Below, piece by piece: positions 54,949-64,000 of a stretch of DNA of 64,000 bases. The stretch lies in the NCBI RefSeq assembly GCF_006345805.1, contig NC_043014.1, forward strand, positions 30,132,001 through 30,196,000. The letters are read 5' to 3'. The DNA comes from Octopus sinensis. Its lineage: Eukaryota. The first letter of the stretch is position 1. Each line of letters opens with the position of its first letter. The notes beneath the pieces were generated by a model. It was not told the DNA's origin. It saw only the letters and a list, made by a program, of their open reading frames with translations, and did not search any database. A program made the translations under genes and the position numbers.

Positions 54949-56144
54949 TATTTTGTCTGGCTGTGAACAAGCAGCTGAAAGCCTTGTGATTTAATGACAG
55001 AAACCATCTTCATAAGGAGATCGAGCATATTTATAAAGCATATGGATATGGTTCTATATATTCTGCATTAAATCAAGAAATGCTGATGAGTGAAAATTTT
55101 GTAAATAATAATTGGTGTGGGTCTGATTCCCATTTTTTTATGTTGAGGGCTTATGTGCCCCAATATTGGACTATTTTCTATAGCCAATACACGATGAACA
55201 CTTACAAGTTCTGTCACCACTGTAAGAGACAAATATACAGCAACACTAGGAACTTTCTAGGAGGTATATAACTTCTACTATCATTGGTTAGCTTTCACCT
55301 TTCTATGTTAGCATGGGTCAGATGGAATCCATTGGGGCACACTTTGCAGCCAGATATCCTTCCAGTTGCCAACTTTCACTGGTTTCCAGTAAAAAATAAT
55401 ATTTCTCCATGACCAGACACATATTTCACAGAACATTGGAAACAAAGAACACCACTTGTCTGACGGTATGCTTCTTTACAACTACTGAGTTGGGGACTAT
55501 TGAAGCAAGCTTGCTTCAATACTCCTCACACTACCATGAAACTACTTACTTTCTCCCTCCACTACTGCTTACCTTCCTCTTCACCCATTCTACCTTTAAA
55601 TTTCCTTGCATTATGATTTGAAATGCTAGATTTTTATCTCTCCACTCTGAAAACAGAACCAGATCTATCCAATATTTATGAGCTTCCGTTACTGGTTGCA
55701 TATTTTTGTGAACTACATCTGCCAACATTATGAAGTAAATCTGAGTCCCCAGAAACAGCAGTTGGACCTGTAACACCAGACCTTCTCCCCTTTAATTTTT
55801 CTGTGTCTTTGTACTCTGTGTAAGTTTGCTCTGTTAAATAGCTATCTATATAATTATACATGAATATTAATTGTCTGAAATTTTTCAGTCTTTGCTTTCT
55901 CTCTATTTACATGTATACATAAATGTATATTTTATATATCTAACCCAAACAATCTTATTTCTTTATTTTCATCATTATCTCCATATCTGCTTACCTGGAT
56001 TCCTCTTATAGCCACTCTTTACTCCAGAGCTTTGGTCCTTTGTAATAATTTTGGAATATAGGTTCAAATCATTTGAGCGCTACAAAGTGTTTCCTATATT
56101 GAGGATTTTTGGATCACATCTTTTGACTATATATATATATATAT

Positions 56145-56430
56145 ATATCATCATCATCATCATTGTTTAACGTCCGCTTTCCATGCTAGCATGGGTTGGA
56201 CGATTTGACTGAGGGCTGGCGAACCAGATGGCTGCACCAATCTCCAATCTTGATCTGGCAGAGTTTCTACAGCTGGATGCCTTTCCTAATGCCAACCACT
56301 CCGAGAGTGTAGTAGGTGCTTTTACGTGCCACCGACATGGGGGCCAGTCAGGTGGTACTGGCAACGACTTCGCTCAAATGTTTTTACATGTGCCACCGGC
56401 ACAAGTGCCAGTAAGGCGACATCTTGTAGT
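56145..56430 (-). mobile_element. RTE 3'-end-type element
   Basis: (CAT)n-gtttaacgtccgctttccatgctagcatggg; inverted relative to 57870-58110. Confidence 0.78.
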
Positions 56431-57283
56431 ATGCCATTTAAAGCCCATACACTATATACAGCTACTTGATGTCATCAACAGTATGGCTGTAAGTGCCACT
56501 GGATTTACTTCAGGAATTCATTCATGTTCATAGAGTTTATAAGATATGAGAGAAAGAAAATGGAATTCACGAGACTCTTTATTATTCACTACAATCGTTT
56601 CAACCCATTATGCCCCAGTGCCTCATGGGTAAGATACTGTACAAACAATAGTGGTGCATCATAGATGTAGATGTGTCAAAAGGTACCTCACTTTTTAATC
56701 TCCGTTTTTGCTTATTTTCTTCAAAATACATTTTAGTAGTTGTAGTTTGCTACTTGACTATACAAGGAACTGGGTTATGATGTAGAATGCTCCTCATATA
56801 AGCAATAAGCTGACTTACAAAGGATCAAAAATAAAACAAAATAAATTATATATATACATATTATATTAATATATACAGTATATTATACATATTATACACA
56901 TTATATTATATATTATATATATTATAAACATTATATTGTATGTGTATAAATATGTATATATATATATATATATGAAGACAGAGGGGGGAAGAGAAAGAGA
57001 AAAGTGAGAGAGAGAGAGATAATGGCTTTTTCTTTTAGTATACCAAATCCACTTACAAGGCTTTTGTCAACCCGAAAAGCTATAGTAGAGGATACCTTCC
57101 CTAGGTACCACACACTGGAACTGAACATGAAGCCTTGTGGTTTGGAAGGGAACTTCTAAACCACATAGCCATGCTTTATATATAACTCAACAAGACAAGT
57201 ACTTGTGGTGTGCTCAGCCAGTTATACTATGACTCAATGAATAAAAAGTTCATTTGCTTAAAAAGGTGGAATACTCATAATCA

Positions 57284-57658
<375 letters not shown>

Positions 57659-57869
57659 CTAGTGAGAAACAAATAATAATAAGATTCAGTGACCAAACTC
57701 ATGAAACAAACTGCCAAAATGTTCATCTTACAGAATGGGTTTTCTGTTTTCTTATTTGAAAATAAAAAAATTATGCCATTAATTTACAAATATTGACTGT
57801 CACTTTGAAACTTTTGGATGCCAGGAATGACATCAAGTAATGGAGCTAATGTTGGATGATGTGGCTAAT

Positions 57870-58110
57870 TTTGGTTACAAATTTTGGTCATGTAAAAGCG
57901 CCCATGCAGTACCATGTAAAAGCAACCGGTACACTCTGTAAGGTGTGTTGGATGCTTTACATTAGGAAGAGCATCCAGCCATAGAAACCATGGCAAATTA
58001 GACTGGAGTCTAGTGCAGTTCCCTAGTTTGCCAGCGATGGTCAAACTGTCCAACCCATGCAAGCATGGATGACGGACGTTAAATGATGATGATGATGATA
58101 ATGATGATGA
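57870..58110 (+). mobile_element. RTE 3'-end-type element, diverged
   Basis: Ends ccaacccatgcaagcatggatgacggacgttaaa(tga)n. Confidence 0.72.
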
Positions 58111-58454
58111 TTGCCAGAAATTTCAGGGAGCAGGTAAGTCAATTACATCAACCCCAATGTTCAACTGGTACTTATTTTATAGACCCCGAAAGGATGAAAG
58201 GCAAAACTGACCCTGGTAGCATTTGAACTAAGAAAATAAAGATGGACGAAATACCACTAGGCATTTTACCCAGTATGCTAACAATTCTGTCAGCTCACTA
58301 CCTTAACCCTTTAGCATTTAAACCAGCTATATATCTGGCCGAAATATTCTACATGCTTTATATTGAAACTAGCCAAATTCAGCCTCTCACACCTACCCTA
58401 CAATGTTAATCTAAAAATAAACAATCACATCTTTAAAATTTTGAAGCTACAAAG

Positions 58455-59930
58455 TAATATACTCTTTACTCTTTACTCTTTTACTTGTTTCAGTCATTTG
58501 ACTGCGGCCATGCTGGAGCACCGCCTTTAGTCGAGCAAATCGACCCCGGGACTTATTCTTTGTAAGCCCAGTACTTATTCTACCGGTCTCTTTTGCCAAA
58601 CCGCTAAGTAACAGGGACATAAATACACCAGCATCGGTTGTCAAGCAATGCTAGGGGGACAAACACAGACACACAAACACACACACGCATATATATACAT
58701 AACTGGTTGAAATCCTTCATCCTCAGCCGAAAGGAGGTAGTCACAGTTCTAGGACAGCACTCTACACCATATGAGATGTCATCGGGTGTACCACAGGGAT
58801 CTGTCCTTGGTCCCCTCCTGTTTGTGGCATACATTAATGACATAGATGCCAATTTAAAGAATGCCACAGTATTGAAATATGCAGACGACATCAAGCTGTA
58901 CCTTGAAATCAAGAGGACTGATCCTGATGTCTACAACTCTTTCCTGCAATCAGACCTAGACACAATGCAGCAATGGATCACAGACTGGCAACTGAAACTG
59001 GCTGTGGACAAGTGTACCACCATGCATTTTGGGAGAAAAAACCCTGCGTCCACATACTCCCTTCACAACACTGATATCAAGAAATCCTCTTGCGAGCATG
59101 ACCTAGGCATCACTGTCAGCAGTGATTTGCGTTGGACAAAGCATATCTCTAAAATTGTCAAGAAGGCCAAGGGTGTCTTGGCATCACTCAGCAACACTTT
59201 TGTTAGCCGCTCTCCAGCCATCTATTTAAAACTGTATACAGCTATGGTACGACCACACTTGGAATTCGCATCATCAGTTTGGAATCCCTATCTTGCTCAG
59301 AACATTGACCTCCTGGAATCTGTCCAGAGACGTGCAACCAAATGCATACCCTCCATCAGACACCTACCATATTCTGAGCGCCTTGTTTCCCTGGGCATGG
59401 ATTCACTGAAGCTCCGGCGTCTGGCGACGGACTTGGTAAACACCCACAAGGTTATCAACCACCTCACCAACAACAACACTGAACACCTTTTTGATCTCCA
59501 TGTGTCTAACACACGTGGACATGCCTACAAAGTCAGAAAACAGCACAGCTCCCATGACTTTCGGAAACATTTTTTCACGCTCAGGGTTGCTGAAGCGTGG
59601 AATAAACTGCCTGCATCAGTTGTTGACTGCCATGACACTGCATCCTTTAAGGCCCTCATGCTTCCCGAAATCCGTCGAAACTACACCTGATTATATATAC
59701 ACTTTAGATGAGTTGTAGTGCACCTGAGCACTGTACACAATTATTATTATTATTATTTTATTTTATACGACAGGCTTCTTTCAGTTTCCGTCTACCAAAT
59801 CCACTCACAAGGCTTTGGTTGGCCCGAGGCTATAGTAGAAGACACTTGCCCAAGGTGCCACTCAGTGGGACTGAACCCGGAACCATGTGGTTGGTAAACA
59901 AGCTACTTACCACACAGCCACTCCTGCACC
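58455..59930 (-). mobile_element. SINE family A split at its central tract by a CR1 LINE
   Basis: Tail half at 58455-58700, head half at 59762-59930. Confidence 0.88.
58701..59760 (+). mobile_element. 5'-truncated CR1-clade LINE with an uninterrupted RT/C-terminal ORF (329 aa to stop at 59690), short 3'UTR and (ATT)n tail
   Basis: GVPQGSVLGPLLF..YIND, YADD, DLG...DL.W..HI, LY..MVRPHLE....VWNP, LE.VQRRATK, NTRGH and R.HFF..RV...WN.LP motifs. Confidence 0.95.
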
Positions 59931-60154
59931 TATATATGATTAAATTTAAGAAATGTGAATAAATAAACATCACTTTTGACAAAGTAATCTGACTGCTAAA
60001 GGGTTAAAGGCAAAGTTGACATCTGCGGAGTTTGAACTCAGAGCATTAAGCTGGAAGAAATGCCGCTACACATTTTGTCCATTGTGCTAATGATTTGGCC
60101 TGCTTACCGGCTATGATGTGGTTAATATTGTTTGGTATTTGGATTAACAGTGAT

Positions 60155-60320
60155 TAGTAGGGTTAACATTGGGAGGGGATCTAATATTGGGAAGCAAGTT
60201 TAATATTGGGTGATAGGGTTAACATTGAGTCAAAAGGGCTGACATTGGGTGACAGGGCTAATATTGGGTGACACATCCAACATTGGGTTATGCACCTAAA
60301 GTTAGGTGACAGGTTTAACA
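60155..60320. repeat. Degenerate minisatellite, unit about 19 bp (ggtgacagggttaacattg), about 8 copies
   Basis: Direct reading. Confidence 0.75.
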
Positions 60321-61894
60321 TCTTAGTCTTTCTTCTAACACATTCTCATCCTCATTCTCTCTCTTTTACCATCCCTTCTTCTATGGTCCTCTCTATCATA
60401 TTGCCCAGAACAAGTGGAAACAATATGGAGCAGTGAGTTTTGGCTGGAAACAAGGCAATCTTTCTAGTGCTGTGCTAAGATAAAAATACATCCACTACAC
60501 CCTGTAAAGTGGTTGGTGTCAGGAAGGGCATTTAGTCATAAAAACCATGTTAAAATGGAAAGTATAAGTGATACATGGTCCTCAAACCATCTTGTTCACA
60601 CATTTTGTTTATGAAATGTATGAGTGAGGCCAATAAGAACTAACTCAAACTATAACAACACATGTTTTACCTCCACAAACTGAGTATAAAATGATGATGA
60701 TGATGATGATGCTATATTGGTATATATTACTTTACACAAATGCTCTAATTTTGCTCATATAAATTCCTTTACAACACACACACATGCAAATGCTATTTCT
60801 ATGTTGAGTACTCCTGCCAGTAAATATGTGTTAACCTGTTCTATGTGAGACAGCAAAATAGTTGTCTAAAATCATCCTTAATATTTCCCTTCATATCTCT
60901 CATAGTTCAAGACTTAACAACTCCCAACTGCTACATACACAGAAAAACTCTGGTTGTACAGGTGAATAATACTAATTACAACATTACACAGCAACACTGT
61001 TGTTATACAGGTGAGAGATACTAACTACAATACCACAGTTAGTCTGCTTTTATACAGGCAATATTGACTACAACACCACATACATATATTGTAGCTGTAC
61101 AGATGAGAAATGATAATTTCAGTGCCTTGAGGCAATGACCAACCCTTACCATCTGAAAGACATTTACATAGTATTTACAATATCAAGGGTATGAAAACCA
61201 TTTGGAAAAGACCAGAAAGTTCTTTTACCTTTCAATTTGCTGCTAGACTTTCTGTTTCTTCTCCAAATCATCCTTCTTTGCCAAAACTGCAAAATCTCTA
61301 GAACTTACTCCTAATCCCATATTACCTACAGGTCTCAACTTAGAGAAGTTGATGTTCAGCTGAGGAGGTTGATGTTCAACTTGAACACAACTTCATCAAG
61401 TGAAAGGGTTTGAAAATGATATCCACCTTCTTTGGTTAAATTACAATAGTAGCAGCAAACACAACAACGGTAATAATGATTTCAAGCATGGACACTAGGG
61501 TTGATTAGATTAACTATTATATTTATCCTAGTATATAACTGGTACTTTAGTTTTATCAGTCCCAGAATGATGAAAGTCAGCATCCACTTAATCAGGATTT
61601 GAAATCAAAATGTAAAACAACAAAAGTAAATACTGTAAGGTATTTTTTCTCGTTGTTCCACTACCCATTCTGCCACCCACCACAATTTACTACAACTACA
61701 ATTACTACTACTAAACCAAAAGAATAAATCCCTCGTTTTATAAACAATATACGAGGAGCAGCAGTGTCTAGAGTAAAGGGAGATAACAGTGTCAATTTAA
61801 CTTTTAACAAGAAGCAAGAAAGATTTTAAATTACTAGACTCAAATGTACGCTTAGATTAAAGAAACAGTGTTACATAATAATTATCTTGTGATA

Positions 61895-62258
61895 GTGGAG
61901 GCACAATGGCCCAGTGGTTAGGGCAGCGGACTCGCGGTCGTAGGATCGCGGTTTCGATTCCCAGACTGGGAAAACACCTAAAGCTTCACGAGGCTCCTGC
62001 AGGGGGTGGTGGTGAACCCTGCTGTACTCTTTCACCACAACTTTCTCTCACTCTTTCTTCCTGTTTCTGTTGTACCTGTATTTCAAAGGGCCAGCCTTGT
62101 CACACTGTGTCACGCTGAATCTCCTTGCGAACTACGTTAAGGGTACACGTGTCTGTGGAGTGCTCAGCCACTTGCACGTTAATTCCACGAGCAAGTTGTT
62201 CCGTTGATCGTATCAGCTGGGACCCTCATCGCCGTAACCGACGGAGTGCTCCTATATA
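61895..62258 (+). mobile_element. tRNA-derived SINE with 12-bp TSD
   Basis: TSD tatcttgtgata at 61883-61894 and 62259-62270; head ggaggcacaatggcccagtggttagggcagcggactcgcgg...gtttcgattccc. Confidence 0.9.
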
Positions 62259-62790
62259 TATCTTGTGATAATAAAGAGGTAATTCTTTCCTAATGACATG
62301 AGCAAGCAGATGTGTAAATGTATCCAGAGTAAAAATAAGAAGTACTTCATTGTAACCTAAGTAGTACCTCCTTGTAATCCCATTACTAGAACTGGTTCAT
62401 ATTCATCCTTGTCATCAAATCTTCGATAAGTGTTCCACTAAATTGCAATGCTGAAGTTACATCATCTCATTGTTACTACAATATATCTCTCTAATTTGCA
62501 GTTGTCAATTTGGAAATCAGGATTGTTGTTGTATAGCTCCAGGTGAGCCCTAAATGAGATGTGCATTTAAATAGTTTCCAGCCAACCACTTATTCTCTTT
62601 TTTAATGCCTATATTTATTCCTTTGCTGAACCTCTAAGTTGCAAGGATGCAAACACACTCATACTAGTAGTCAAGTGGTGGTGAGAAACAAACACAGACA
62701 CAAAGATATATAAACACACACACATACGTACACATATGCACACACGCGTGCATGCACGCACGCACGCACACACAGACAGACACACACACA

Positions 62791-62879
<89 letters not shown>

Positions 62880-63040
62880 GAATATCAATGATAATTTTGG
62901 TGATCATCAGATCTAAGGGGCAACTTTAAGCAAGTAAGCAAGGACTATATTATGCAATGTGTTTCTACCTCATTAAAATCGGGATGAGATTTGAAACAGA
63001 TTTGGCAACCATTTGTAGCAGGTTAGGTGACAATATAGAA

Positions 63041-63150
63041 CAGTGGTTCCCAACCGGGGTCCATATCCCCCTGAGGACTCACATAAGATTTTGAGGATCC
63101 ACACAACAAAATAGCAAATTGGAGATCTACAATAGCATTTTAAGGGCCCC
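63041..63150 (+). mobile_element. hAT-type terminal fragment
   Basis: Starts CAGTGGTTCCCAACC, typical of Charlie-like hAT TIRs; no partner TIR found. Confidence 0.45.
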
Positions 63151-63924
63151 TGAAGAAATTTTGCTTTTGATGTATATGTAGTGACTGTGCATGCAGATAA
63201 GGGGCTTCCAACAGGCCTTCCAGAAGACTACTCCCTGCACATGCATGAATGAAAATCACAAAATGGTGTCTGGAACCAGGCGTCACTACAAGAGCTTTCT
63301 TAACATGAAACCAATGGTAGCCTTAATCCAGAAATAAAGAATCTTTATCCACCAACGTGGTGATGAGCACTCACTATCATTGTTTGATATATATGTATGC
63401 TCACACACACACATGCACACAGAGAGGAATAGGAAACCTAAAGATTATGACAAAATATATTGAAAGAAGAAAGAAAAATTAGTACAAATACACTTTTATC
63501 AGTGATAATATTTCTTAGTATTATTTGTATTATTTAACCCTAGAAGTAAGTATAAGACAGTAAGGTGAGGTATAGCATATAAATTATCTTACTTTACATG
63601 TTATATGTGTCAAAGAAATAATCAACAATTAAAATATATAACTAGAATTTCCACCCATTAACACTTAAACAAATAGATATGTTAAGTCAGACATGGAATT
63701 CACTTAAAGTATTCTTTGTTGTTTAATTTAAATTGAGATCATTGACGTCGTCATCATCACCATAATAATCATGGTTACTATGCAGGTGATAACCGTGCTG
63801 GTGATGATTGTGCCAGCTTGGCTTGGACAAGACTTCTTGAGACAGTATTCTATGAACGATTGCTATTCTCAATGCCAACCCTTCACTTGTTTGTAAGTAA
63901 AGTATTTAATTCCACCAGTCTTAG

Positions 63925-64000
63925 ACGCAGGGGTGGCTGTGTGGTAAGTAGCTTGCTAACCAACCACATGGTTCCAGGTTCAGTCTCACTGTGTGGCATC
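63925..64000 (+). mobile_element. SINE family A head (runs off the window)
   Basis: gacgcaggggtggctgtgtggtaagtagcttgc. Confidence 0.85.

Larger units (their letters stand above)
58307..60003. mobile_element. TTAA-flanked piggyBac-type MITE, split by SINE and CR1 insertions
   Basis: TTAA at 58303-58306 and 60004-60007; perfect 10-bp TIR CCCTTTAGCA / TGCTAAAGGG; related to the copy near 8985-9200. Confidence 0.82.

Noticed and set aside
55676-55861. 61-aa minus-strand ORF near the catalytic exon as an alternative last exon
   Set aside because: No recognisable homology, and the nearest AG puts AMPD in a different frame that closes quickly.
58638-58700. N-terminus of the 350-aa ORF (MSSNARGTNTDTQTHTRIYIH)
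   Set aside because: It derives from the host SINE and microsatellite with a non-ATG start; the LINE is 5'-truncated, so this is not a functional gene.
63771-63896. 41-aa ORF MVTMQVITVLVMIVPAWLGQDFLRQYSMNDCYSQCQPFTCL resembling a secreted Cys peptide, with AG/GTAAGT-like sites
   Set aside because: It follows a (CAT)n tract, and its 3' part (caatgccaacccttcacttgttt...taaagta) resembles the degraded repeat seen near 55360-55400 and the RTE-tail family. A chance ORF is more likely, though RNA-seq could overturn this.
57659-64000. Next upstream AMPD exon (...ENISHGLLLRK)
   Set aside because: I searched the minus strand by eye and did not find it; it is presumably beyond the window.

Overview
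AT-rich, microsatellite-dense eukaryotic DNA. The repeat families resemble those I recall from octopus (coleoid cephalopod) genomes; this is recognition, not a database result. The only host gene I can support is the 3' end of an AMP deaminase (AMPD2-like) on the minus strand. It has three phase-0 exons (57485-57658, 18819-18929, 15491-15730) with canonical GT-AG boundaries, separated by introns of about 38.6 kb and 3.1 kb; upstream exons lie outside the window. The rest is transposon-derived: RTE, CR1 and Penelope-like retroelements, several tRNA-derived SINE families, Tc1, mariner and pogo (Passer-like) DNA transposons, TTAA-type MITEs and Helitron-like elements. The most notable unexplained structure is a near-perfect ~207-bp inverted repeat 200 nt downstream of the AMPD stop codon, a candidate 3'UTR dsRNA/ADAR substrate with an AATAAA at the loop base. 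Two further TA-anchored fold-back repeats occur, one attached to a Penelope-like ORF, along with hammerhead-like remnants, inverted SINE pairs in the intron and a multi-layer nested insertion. Most ORFs in the supplied track are microsatellite or SINE artefacts. Repeat boundaries are by eye and approximate unless a TIR or TSD is quoted.
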